The notes beneath the pieces are model-generated. The model did no database searches, was not told where the DNA came from, and worked only from the letters and a program-made list of their open reading frames with translations. Positions 19,001-25,756 of a stretch of DNA of 64,000 nt are shown here, piece by piece (within the stretch, counting starts at the first letter, position 1; every line of letters starts with the position of its first letter). Source of the stretch: a virus; IMG/VR virus record IMGVR_UViG_3300033571_015173, positions 23,815-87,814 of that record; one strand, written 5' to 3'. The translations under genes and the position numbers were made by a program.

Positions 19001-20777
19001 TTACGGTGGCTTTCGTCCAGAAGAGAAAGCTGCAATCGCAGCATCGATGAATGAGTCGGCACTTGATGCAACTCTCGGTGATAGTGCGAGTAAGGCTCAG
19101 AGAATGGCTCGTAATTTGGGCGATGCTCTTGGCCTTCAAGCTCGGGCTGACATCGGTTGGGACCCAGCATTGAAAACCTGGCAAGGAGTTCAAGGTAAGA
19201 AAGTTTACGATGTCGGATCTACTCAGAGAGCACAACTAAGAATACAAGGTTTGCAGGAGGAGCTTGCAGATCCAGCTAATCAACTGCAACGAAAGTTGTC
19301 TCCCCAGTTTGATAGCATGATGAGACAAAAAGAGGAGACAATTGCAAGCTTAGGAGCTTTTATCGCTCCCAAGACTGCTCTTCCTCCTTATTCTTCGGTT
19401 CCTGCTAATCGTCCAGTTCTGAGACAGATGTTTGCGGAGGCTGCTAATACTGGAATTGGCCCAGAGTTTAGACAGTTTGATGCTAGAGGCTTAGATCAAC
19501 AGCAGAAAGTTAGTGAATTACTTGATGTTGTTATTGCTAACGAAGAGTTAAAGACAGGAAGACCAACTTTGATTCCTCCAGTCGAGCCTATTCGGATGCT
19601 GGAAGAATCAGAAAGGTTGCCTTGGCAAAGTACTAAGAAAATGTGGACTTCGGGATCTAATGCCAGAGGTTTGAGCTCCGTTCAACCGAAGTTAGCATCT
19701 CATCTTATGGAGAAGGGTCTGCCAGGTATCTTAGCCCTAGCTTACGATACTAAGCAACCAGTCTTCCAAACCCCGTCTCTAGCTTTTGGAGATCGTGGGA
19801 TCAAGTTAGCTGGAGAGAGAGATGCTCTTATTTCCCCGGAGGATGTAACAGAACTCTATCGTGAGACTCTACCTGAGGGTCATGCAAAATATGAAGGCAT
19901 GAATTGGAGAAGTGGAGCTCCCGTCCAGTTCGAGCCTGCAGGTCGCTATAGCGCACCAAATGAGCGGGATCTTATTGTTCCTGAGAAAATGATGGTTGCA
20001 GAACGCGATCCTCAAATTCAAAAGGCTAGAGATTATCTAACTGCTCATGGTAGACGCTGGACCTTTGGGGAGGAAAGCCCTAGAGAAGCCGGTGTTATTG
20101 GCAAGATGCAAGCTGGTAATCTGGGTGCTCTAGAGATGGTTGAAGAAGCGAAGAATCTCAATATCCAAGACTCGATGCTTCGTAGCCTGCATGGTGGGAG
20201 TTATGGATTTACTCCATCCCCACTCTTAAAGCAATTTGTTTCAGATAATCAATCTGAAATACAAGCGGCTAATGAAAGAAGACAAGCTCGTAAACAGGAA
20301 GCTATTATTTCTGCTGCACAACCTGAGAAGTTTGGAGTTGTTACTCCTGCTTTCTCCGATGACTATCTTGGCAGCAGGCTCACTGGGAAGAGCACGGCAA
20401 CCAGTCAAATCTTAAATGATGCGCTAGAGGCGCAAAGAACTACCGTGGCAAAAATCGAAAGACCTGATTTCTATATTGATCCCGGAGAGACAAGACAGAT
20501 TGGATTTGTTGATCAAGAAAGGAACTTTGTTGAACCGGGTAGAACCAATCTAGAGATGGCGCAAGTCCAAGAAGTTCGAGAACCAAGAGTAAGATTAACT
20601 TCTCCATCTGATCCTAGCGATTTAAGAGCTAGGGCTGCCGCACTACTTGAGAAGAAAGCAGCGAGATCTCAGTCAACCTATCAACCTGATTTAGGTCGGG
20701 ATGTCCGCATTCAAAGACCAACAACTGATGTAGCTGAAGATCTCCTGTCTACCATTCGCCGCACTTATCGGCGATAA
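16020..20777 (+). CDS. very large (1585 aa) hypothetical protein, possibly an internal virion/ejection protein
   Basis: long uninterrupted ORF followed by a terminator; no recognisable catalytic motif. Confidence 0.75.
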   Translation: MALVFDPSTGGYSVAGHPRSLYPRKNILTSQGWDQMALSDYEPIIDPTTGEPIRDHYGNPQYKQVRDTGTAITGRFPVVGSSYATDEYANLSRSPGFLSDLWRKLQGASSGIGSELKADLYGPPVKSAPPAWPIDLGIGGQPATMADYFAALKAQDQPIPFAGGGMVDKLEALKAQEVSGVTAKMKKIEDVKNLEARVKAAKAALQDNLKQAYYRKVLEQRFPGIKLDGVPLNTGWDIEKALGLPAEQLVGMTKETGLRSALSEALRLRNLAPAEPGKLSDQVLDPRLKALIEAENIPRMDAAGNDPSRADLALLLEHGIADEEDLLAFPKARAAWKRMKAKQAEDIEFNKRLAAQGGVVEDPRLFDNPHTVYGPGGPIPVAPREIEQIPQWLHDAAHPKPTADQVGDAKEVVREQQEYNRDIRRLLAGSAKMEGWDPVSAPYHVVQQRLTGAKKGDKFPGGVVYNPEHLQGILDNRAIIAAHALNVPERRFTPHMPVLDWWMNPRTQESNFQNPDWQNDYPRNITLPDGRIVQTAYTGEEVLADINRQIASPYGFEKAGVRDLTPGQMQAIYDQKNPLETAELELKQHAYDSQMGIKNAGLQAYGIRDPELALREGGYIPSLKHYAKKDKSGRYINSYRTNVEARNAAKNNILFNQALLDTEIGRTIQPFWAERNQMLKVDANRPEWWGNTLSQSGTNYDYAIRPTPIDVEKQKATRQLFDLYRYGGQGQTAYHDPLGVYNKAGGRPAFSSTGLLKPGSSVLDASTYSLGSDRLGVAYPQSAFSSAGLANAVETVPSTWAPDGRYTPTDPAWMGLESYRPSRAIRTQAPSILDQFQGMTRIKDQLSRAPGPIAPVVLQQLLPEVRQGPASTLIPGRALAELGINRVTARNTEDPWAVVRRAGKYKRTPFPLGAEDLSTPATRAYAENAMFQSTKPFYPSVMDRSAKSLLPQLRPLESGREAYLRLQEKNADDIARYGVATSPMFNAQEYVDSHYGGFRPEEKAAIAASMNESALDATLGDSASKAQRMARNLGDALGLQARADIGWDPALKTWQGVQGKKVYDVGSTQRAQLRIQGLQEELADPANQLQRKLSPQFDSMMRQKEETIASLGAFIAPKTALPPYSSVPANRPVLRQMFAEAANTGIGPEFRQFDARGLDQQQKVSELLDVVIANEELKTGRPTLIPPVEPIRMLEESERLPWQSTKKMWTSGSNARGLSSVQPKLASHLMEKGLPGILALAYDTKQPVFQTPSLAFGDRGIKLAGERDALISPEDVTELYRETLPEGHAKYEGMNWRSGAPVQFEPAGRYSAPNERDLIVPEKMMVAERDPQIQKARDYLTAHGRRWTFGEESPREAGVIGKMQAGNLGALEMVEEAKNLNIQDSMLRSLHGGSYGFTPSPLLKQFVSDNQSEIQAANERRQARKQEAIISAAQPEKFGVVTPAFSDDYLGSRLTGKSTATSQILNDALEAQRTTVAKIERPDFYIDPGETRQIGFVDQERNFVEPGRTNLEMAQVQEVREPRVRLTSPSDPSDLRARAAALLEKKAARSQSTYQPDLGRDVRIQRPTTDVAEDLLSTIRRTYRR

Positions 20778-20798
20778 TAGGGTGGGATAGTTCCTTGT

Positions 20799-20827
20799 GG
20801 GTGTAGTTAATCTACACCCCTTTTTTT
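20799..20827 (+). terminator. rho-independent terminator
   Basis: GGGTGTAG-TTAAT-CTACACCC followed by T7. Confidence 0.75.
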
Positions 20828-21005
20828 ATGAATCAATGCTCAGTCTGCGGAAACAAAGGGTATTATCTCAAGCTCTCTCTGGAAATCCCGAAGGTTCCTG
20901 TAAAGGATGGAGTTCCAGTGCGTCGAATCGAGCAGAAAGTTGCTTGCAATTGTAAGCTTGGAAGACTATGGTGGGAAGCACAAGTAGAAAATTGGAAGAT
21001 ATAAT

Positions 21006-21437
21006 ATGAGAATTTTAGTTTCAGATCTTCGGATCCTGGGAGAAAGCTTAGACGAAATAGAAAGATTGTACACACTGGGTTTTGATTACTCTACTCAGAA
21101 CCCTCTTGTGAGGGGTATTAATTCTACACAGATTGGTGGAGACATAATAGTAACTATATGGCTTCACGATAATAATAAGGCAGTAGATCGCAGTATCATC
21201 AACATCGCATCCGGGAGAGATGGACAGCCTCCGATTTCCACAGATAGTCTAGACCCTATTAATAAGGGAGGCTATTTTTTGGAGGTGTGCAGGGTATGGC
21301 CAAAGATGACAACTGGTACAAAAGAAGAAGAGTGCTTAGGTCGAATATTTATATTTGACAACCCAGCAAGTACATCAAGACTTTACTTGAATGTCATGAC
21401 TTCCAAATTCTCGGAGTACAAGAATGGAAAAACTTAA
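21006..21437 (+). CDS. hypothetical protein
   Basis: ORF track. Confidence 0.55.
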   Translation: MRILVSDLRILGESLDEIERLYTLGFDYSTQNPLVRGINSTQIGGDIIVTIWLHDNNKAVDRSIINIASGRDGQPPISTDSLDPINKGGYFLEVCRVWPKMTTGTKEEECLGRIFIFDNPASTSRLYLNVMTSKFSEYKNGKT

Positions 21438-21813
21438 ATCAGCAGAAGACCTCAAGAAGTTCAAACGTCAACCCAAGTTCAGCGAGCATCGATTGATTAC
21501 CGTACCAGTTGCAGATAGCGATCTCCTCTTTGATGCCGAAACAAGACCTCCATACATTTTTTATATTGAAGGTCGAGCTTGGTTTCATATTCTAGGTTTC
21601 AGCTTTCCTGGGTTTTGGACAGGAAGAATTAGCCTGGTAGATGCTACTCATGCTTTTAAGATCTTGGAGATTCTTTCAGCTCAACCCGCACAGAAGAGAT
21701 TTTATCTTTTGGGTGGAGCTCTCTTACACAACTATGGTAGTCGTAAAGTCTATCAACTTTGGGTAGGTAATCTAGACAGTTGTGACGAATTAAGGGTGGT
21801 GACCTATAAATGA
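21424..21813 (+). CDS. hypothetical protein
   Basis: SD GGAG; overlapping ORF chain. Confidence 0.6.
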   Translation: MEKLKSAEDLKKFKRQPKFSEHRLITVPVADSDLLFDAETRPPYIFYIEGRAWFHILGFSFPGFWTGRISLVDATHAFKILEILSAQPAQKRFYLLGGALLHNYGSRKVYQLWVGNLDSCDELRVVTYK

Positions 21814-22070
21814 AGAAAAGAATTCAGACAGTATTAGGGAGCACTCCAGTTAAGGTGACTGTGATAGCCAGCGACAAGAGAAGTACTAGCTATTTCATTT
21901 GCACCCTAGAACAATTCCAAGAGGCTAAACCTACCATCATAGATGGGCTGACAACAGTTGTAACCGAGGATGTAGCCACATACTTCGGACAAGAAGTCCT
22001 TAACCTAGCCTATAGAATGCAAGCTGGGGAGGTGATTTCTTTTTTGGCTGAATTAGTCCAGGAGATCTAG
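21810..22070 (+). CDS. hypothetical protein
   Basis: ATGA coupling. Confidence 0.55.
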   Translation: MKKRIQTVLGSTPVKVTVIASDKRSTSYFICTLEQFQEAKPTIIDGLTTVVTEDVATYFGQEVLNLAYRMQAGEVISFLAELVQEI

Positions 22071-22075
22071 CATCT

Positions 22076-22099
22076 CCAATCCAGGGGCAAGTATCTTCG
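22076..22099 (+). promoter_or_regulatory. conserved phage motif copy 6 (upstream of Gp157 and the module array)
   Basis: CCAATCCAGGGGCAAGTATCTTCG, 31 nt before ATG 22131. Confidence 0.55.
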
Positions 22100-22130
22100 A
22101 TCTAAACCTAGAAAAACAGGAGCTAAAAGT

Positions 22131-22664
22131 ATGAGCAGTTTATTCGAGATTTCCGATGCAATTCTTCATCTGAATGACCAGCTGGATAATCTGGATGACG
22201 AAGATCTAGATGATGAGGCTCTTGCAACTATTCAAGAGTTTTTGGCAGGACTTCTTAAGGAAACAATTAATCAGCGGGACCATAAGCTGGATAATTATGG
22301 AGCTCTTATCAGAGAAATCAAACTCCGAGCTAGTGTTAGAAAGCAAGAGGCTGAAAGGTTGATTAAGCTTTCAAGATTCGATGAGAATAGAGCTAATCGG
22401 CTTGAAGAGTGCTTGTTCAAGTTCCTGGCTGCTCACAATCTGAAGAAGCTCGATACTACCAGATTCCGATTTTCTGTTTGTGTCAATGGTGGAAAGCTTC
22501 CCCTGGTACTCGATGAAGAACTAGAACCAGATGACTTCCCAGAAGAGTACACTTATCCAGTGACGGTAGTAGACAAAGTGGCTATTCGAGAAGCATTAGA
22601 AGCAGGGAAAGAACTTACCTTTGCTAAACTTGGTGAACGAGGATCCCACTTAAGGATCAGATGA
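22131..22664 (+). CDS. Siphovirus Gp157 family protein
   Basis: MSSLFEIS start, KLDNY...I, coiled coil, DKVAIREALEAG...HLRIR end. Confidence 0.8.
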   Translation: MSSLFEISDAILHLNDQLDNLDDEDLDDEALATIQEFLAGLLKETINQRDHKLDNYGALIREIKLRASVRKQEAERLIKLSRFDENRANRLEECLFKFLAAHNLKKLDTTRFRFSVCVNGGKLPLVLDEELEPDDFPEEYTYPVTVVDKVAIREALEAGKELTFAKLGERGSHLRIR

Positions 22665-22819
22665 AACTAGAGGTTCAAAGGTTGCGCGGCGGATCCTGGC
22701 ATTTTAAGTCCTGGTTCTGCCGCTCTGCATATCATGGCTGCTTCATTAAAAGCGTTCCAACTAGTGATGTTGGTTTTCGGATTCTAATTAGGAGGCGAAA
22801 TGGAAAGCTTTATCAGTAA
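22661..22819 (+). CDS. CLec/FGE variable module 1 (52 aa)
   Basis: [52 protein letters not shown]; ATGA overlap with Gp157. Confidence 0.75.
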   Translation: MKLEVQRLRGGSWHFKSWFCRSAYHGCFIKSVPTSDVGFRILIRRRNGKLYQ

Positions 22820-22958
22820 AATTGTGCGTGGTGCTTCCTGGGCGTGCAATCTCACTATTTCCTACTCGGCTTTTCGTGAAGAGGTTGGTCCAGTAGCTAG
22901 AGATGATTCTATTGGTTTTCGGATTGCAATCAAGGAGAAAAATGAAAAGACCTGTTAG
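22800..22958 (+). CDS. CLec/FGE variable module 2 (52 aa)
   Basis: [52 protein letters not shown]; SD GGAGG. Confidence 0.75.
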   Translation: MESFISKIVRGASWACNLTISYSAFREEVGPVARDDSIGFRIAIKEKNEKTC

Positions 22959-23097
22959 GATGATGTTGCGTAGTAACCCCTGGAGTATTTGCCTCTGGGG
23001 TCGCTCGGCTTGTCGGCTTGACAACGATCCCAATAATTATGATCCTGATATCGGTTTTCGAGTTGTGATTGGGAGGAGAAATGAAAAGACCAGTTAG
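22942..23097 (+). CDS. CLec/FGE variable module 3
   Basis: [51 protein letters not shown]; SD AGGAG. Confidence 0.75.
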   Translation: MKRPVRMMLRSNPWSICLWGRSACRLDNDPNNYDPDIGFRVVIGRRNEKTS

Positions 23098-23242
23098 TAG
23101 ATGGCCTTTGTTACGTGGTGGTTCCTGGCATTTCAATCCCGATAACTGCCGCTCGGCGTACCGTAGCGGAAACAATACCCTCTATCGGTTTAATAATGCC
23201 GGTTTTCGGATTGTCAAGGAGGGAAATGAAAAGACTAATTAG
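23081..23242 (+). CDS. CLec/FGE variable module 4 (53 aa)
   Basis: [53 protein letters not shown]; SD GGAGG. Confidence 0.8.
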   Translation: MKRPVSRWPLLRGGSWHFNPDNCRSAYRSGNNTLYRFNNAGFRIVKEGNEKTN

Positions 23243-23378
23243 GAAGCTGTCTTTGTTACGTGGCGGTTCCTGGAGTCTTGAGACTAATTTTTGCCGTCCC
23301 GCGTTTCGTGGTGGAGACTATTCCGATTACCAGGATAATGACATTGGTTTTCGAGTTGTGATTGGAGGCAAAAAATGA
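23226..23378 (+). CDS. CLec/FGE variable module 5
   Basis: [50 protein letters not shown]; SD AGGAGG. Confidence 0.8.
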   Translation: MKRLIRKLSLLRGGSWSLETNFCRPAFRGGDYSDYQDNDIGFRVVIGGKK

Positions 23379-23536
23379 AAAAGTTTATCAGTAAAGCAAT
23401 CCGCAGCGGTTCTTGGTATAGCTATGCTGATTCTAGCCGAACGGCTTATCACGATCTGCAGGATGTCTGGAATCGGAATAACTATATTGGTTTTCGGATT
23501 GTAGTTGCAAAGAAAAAGAATGAAAAAGCAATCTGA
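23375..23536 (+). CDS. CLec/FGE variable module 6 (53 aa)
   Basis: [53 protein letters not shown]; SD GGAGG, ATGA overlap. Confidence 0.75.
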   Translation: MKKFISKAIRSGSWYSYADSSRTAYHDLQDVWNRNNYIGFRIVVAKKKNEKAI

Positions 23537-23690
23537 ATTCCATAAGATATTGCGTGGTGGTTCTTACCTTTTTGATCCTGAATACTGCCGGTCTGCATAT
23601 TGGTATGTTGGCCGCCTTGTATATCGTGATCACCACTACGGTTTTCGGATTGTTATTGGAGGAGCAAGCCATGAAAAGCAGAAGCTTTAA
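23520..23690 (+). CDS. CLec/FGE variable module 7
   Basis: MKKQSEFHKILRGGSYLFDPEYCRSAYWYVGRLVYRDHHYGFRIVIGGASHEKQKL. Confidence 0.75.
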   Translation: MKKQSEFHKILRGGSYLFDPEYCRSAYWYVGRLVYRDHHYGFRIVIGGASHEKQKL

Positions 23691-23871
23691 GAGTCCTATT
23701 CTTCGTGGCAACTCTTGGCTGAATAACGCAAAGAATTCCCGTTCAGCTTGTCGTACTTGGTATGACGCTACACTTGCACTTAATAACTTTAGTTTTCGAG
23801 TTGTTGTTAGAGGAGTGAGCCGTGAAAACATGGAAGACAGCGAGGGGCAGCGCTTGGAACAGCAGACCTAG
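23671..23871 (+). CDS. CLec/FGE variable module 8
   Basis: MKSRSFKSPILRGNSWLNNAKNSRSACRTWYDATLALNNFSFRVVV...; SD GGAGG. Confidence 0.75.
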   Translation: MKSRSFKSPILRGNSWLNNAKNSRSACRTWYDATLALNNFSFRVVVRGVSRENMEDSEGQRLEQQT

Positions 23872-23959
23872 GAAGTGCCGTTCGGCTTCCCGAGAAAATG
23901 ATGCCCCTGATCAAGATAATTACTGTTATGGCTTTCGAGTTGTGATCAATAAACCATGA
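23822..23959 (+). CDS. CLec/FGE variable module 9 (45 aa, GTG start)
   Basis: MKTWKTARGSAWNSRPRKCRSASRENDAPDQDNYCYGFRVVINKP; SD GAGGAG. Confidence 0.7.
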   Translation: MKTWKTARGSAWNSRPRKCRSASRENDAPDQDNYCYGFRVVINKP

Positions 23960-24093
23960 GTCAGAAAATAGCGCGTGGTAATTCCTGGTTTGGAAATCGT
24001 ACTTACTCTAGATCAGCCTCCCGCAATGTTAGCATCCCCAGGTATGATGAAGATATTTTTGGCTTTCGTATTGTGATCAAAGATAAACCATGA
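23956..24093 (+). CDS. CLec/FGE variable module 10 (45 aa)
   Basis: MSQKIARGNSWFGNRTYSRSASRNVSIPRYDEDIFGFRIVIKDKP; ATGA overlap. Confidence 0.75.
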   Translation: MSQKIARGNSWFGNRTYSRSASRNVSIPRYDEDIFGFRIVIKDKP

Positions 24094-24350
24094 GTCAGAA
24101 AATAGCGCGTGGTAATTCCTGGTTTGGAAATCGTACTTACTCTAGATCGGCCTTCCGCAATGTTAGGACCCACAGATATGATGGGGAGATTTTTTTTGGC
24201 TTTCGGATTGTAATGAAGAAAAACCATAAAGTAAAGACAATGCGTGGTGGATGCTCGGGCAACGACATAGAATATTGTCGCTCTGCATCTCGTACTATGA
24301 GCGGATCACACAATGCCAGTTTGATTATCGGCCTTCGAGTTGTGAAATGA
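24090..24350 (+). CDS. CLec/FGE variable modules 11+12 fused in frame (internal ATG 24213)
   Basis: two RG..S-x6-.RSA-x14/15-G[FL]R units in one 86-aa ORF. Confidence 0.75.
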   Translation: MSQKIARGNSWFGNRTYSRSAFRNVRTHRYDGEIFFGFRIVMKKNHKVKTMRGGCSGNDIEYCRSASRTMSGSHNASLIIGLRVVK

Positions 24351-24493
24351 AAAACGAAAAAGAAAAATCAATCCGCAGCGGATCCTGGGTTGCTAATGAC
24401 GATCTCTGCCGCTCACCCTTTCGTTCAAGAGAATCTAACAAGTACTGGGACAACTACATTGGATTCAGGATTCTTATCAAGAAAAAGCCATGA
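24347..24493 (+). CDS. CLec/FGE variable module 13
   Basis: MKNEKEKSIRSGSWVANDDLCRSPFRSRESNKYWDNYIGFRILIKKKP; ATGA overlap. Confidence 0.75.
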   Translation: MKNEKEKSIRSGSWVANDDLCRSPFRSRESNKYWDNYIGFRILIKKKP

Positions 24494-24648
24494 GGTACAA
24501 AAAGAAGATACTAAGAGGTGGAGGTGGGACTATTATTCCCAAGTACTGTCGGTCAGCCTATCGAGTCAACCATTATCTTCCTTACAGCTTTGAGCGATTC
24601 TTTGGATTTCGGATTGTTGTTAGAGGGACAGGAAGTGAAGGAACTTAA
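24490..24648 (+). CDS. CLec/FGE variable module 14 (52 aa)
   Basis: MRYKKKILRGGGGTIIPKYCRSAYRVNHYLPYSFERFFGFRIVVRGTGSEGT; ATGA overlap. Confidence 0.75.
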   Translation: MRYKKKILRGGGGTIIPKYCRSAYRVNHYLPYSFERFFGFRIVVRGTGSEGT

Positions 24649-24790
24649 GTCTATACGTGGTGGTTCTTGGGGTGATTATTCAGCGTTCTGTCGGTCGGCT
24701 GTTCGGAATGACTATCACTCCAACAATGACCATGATAACCGTGGCTTTCGGATTGTAGTTAGAGAGTACAAGAATGGAAGAGCAAATTAA
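24635..24790 (+). CDS. CLec/FGE variable module 15 (GTG start)
   Basis: MKELKSIRGGSWGDYSAFCRSAVRNDYHSNNDHDNRGFRIVVREYKNGRAN. Confidence 0.75.
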   Translation: MKELKSIRGGSWGDYSAFCRSAVRNDYHSNNDHDNRGFRIVVREYKNGRAN

Positions 24791-25511
24791 GTACAAGTCT
24801 CAGCGTGGTGGGTCGTACTATAACTTTCCCTGGCCCTATCGTTCGAGTTACCGCATTAGGAGTAACTCCAAAGATGCTGATTCTCTTCTCGGTTTTCGGA
24901 TTGTAATCATTGTTCATTTATTCGTGAGAACAACTATGCCTGAGTTTCAAATTGAGATGGTGAATATTCCTGCTGGAGAATACGTGATGGGTTCTCCAGA
25001 CAATGAACCTGGTCGCTTCTCTGATGAAGAGCAACACCTGGTTAAGCTTGAGGGTTTCAGGATGAGTAAGAATCTAATTACTCAGAAAGAGTGGAGGTTT
25101 GTTGCCAGCTTGCCACAAATAGATATTCCACTGAAACCTAGCCCCTCCTATTTTACGGGGGACGATCTGCCGGTGGAATCTGTTAATTGGTATGAAGCAA
25201 TCGAGTTCTGCAAGCGTCTTTCAATTTACCTGAATGAGGAGGTAACTTTACCCTCTGAAGCTCAGTGGGAGTATGCTTGCAGAGCAGGAACCACTACTGC
25301 CTACTACACTGGAGAGACATTGGATCTGACGGAGGCGAACTTCTGGGCTGAAGGAAGTCCGAAGAAGACCACCCCGGTAGGAACTTATCCTCCGAATGCC
25401 TGGGGACTGCATGACATGCACGGCAATCTGTGGGAATGGTGCCTAGATGATTGGCATGATACCTATGAAGGTGCTCCCACTGATGGCAGTGCCTGGATTG
25501 ATCCAGAGTAG
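24774..25511 (+). CDS. circularly permuted FGE-sulfatase (SUMF1/CLec-fold) protein: module 16 fused N-terminally to a core lacking its own C-terminal RGGSW...GFR segment (possible internal start 24936)
   Basis: EMVNIPAGEYVMGS, PVESVNW, LPSEAQWEYACRAG, PNAWGLHDMHGNLWEWC and GAPTDGSAW, then a stop codon. Confidence 0.9.
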   Translation: MEEQIKYKSQRGGSYYNFPWPYRSSYRIRSNSKDADSLLGFRIVIIVHLFVRTTMPEFQIEMVNIPAGEYVMGSPDNEPGRFSDEEQHLVKLEGFRMSKNLITQKEWRFVASLPQIDIPLKPSPSYFTGDDLPVESVNWYEAIEFCKRLSIYLNEEVTLPSEAQWEYACRAGTTTAYYTGETLDLTEANFWAEGSPKKTTPVGTYPPNAWGLHDMHGNLWEWCLDDWHDTYEGAPTDGSAWIDPE

Positions 25512-25679
25512 TACATCGAATATCACATAGTCGGTTGGGCAGGGGGTTAAGACTCCACTAGTGGTCCCTTCCCTATTGGCAGCTAGTTTACTAGTTCTGG
25601 AATAAGTCCAATATGCTATCCGACGAATAACACAGTAGCCTACATGAATAGAAGCTACTGTGTTATTTCTAGTGTTAAA

Positions 25680-25753
25680 AAAGAACCTCTCAAAGAAAGA
25701 CCTCTCAAAGAAGACCCTCCTAAAGAAAGACCTCTCAAAGAAAGACCTCTCAA
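25680..25753 (+). repeat. ~15-bp tandem repeat AAAGAAAGACCTCTC (about 5 imperfect copies)
   Basis: direct reading. Confidence 0.8.
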
Positions 25754-25756
25754 CCT

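Larger units (their letters stand above)
22661..24935 (+). repeat. tandem array of 16 divergent ~140-bp coding modules, each an FGE-sulfatase/CLec C-terminal variable segment (RGGSW-x6-CRSA-x14-GFR)
   Basis: manual translation of each unit; conserved CGTGGTGGTTCYTGG, TGCCGNTCNGC and GGYTTTCGRRTTGT blocks. Confidence 0.92.

Noticed and set aside
16020-20777. Tape measure protein or virion RNA polymerase
   Set aside because: No periodic aromatic repeats or TM cluster, it is not in the tail operon, and no DxDGD or T7-like polymerase motifs were recognised.
22788-24593. ORF-track calls on the - strand or in extended frames across the array (22788-23033, 22930-23175, 23433-23831, 24003-24227, 24390-24593)
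   Set aside because: These are shadow frames. The motif-bearing + frames with SD/ATGA coupling explain the region.
22661-24935. CRISPR array or integron cassette array
   Set aside because: The period is about 140 bp and the conserved blocks are degenerate, with variation following codon positions. No palindromic repeat, attC, cas or integrase gene was seen.
22661-25511. Canonical DGR (TR/VR + RT + Avd)
   Set aside because: No RT motifs (e.g. YxDD) or Avd were recognised in the window, and no pair of units differs only at adenines. The units are far more diverged than that and have their own translation signals. An RT elsewhere in the genome cannot be excluded.
24774-25511. Active formylglycine-generating enzyme
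   Set aside because: It lacks the catalytic Cys pair context of true FGE. It is the non-enzymatic FGE-sulfatase/CLec binding domain.
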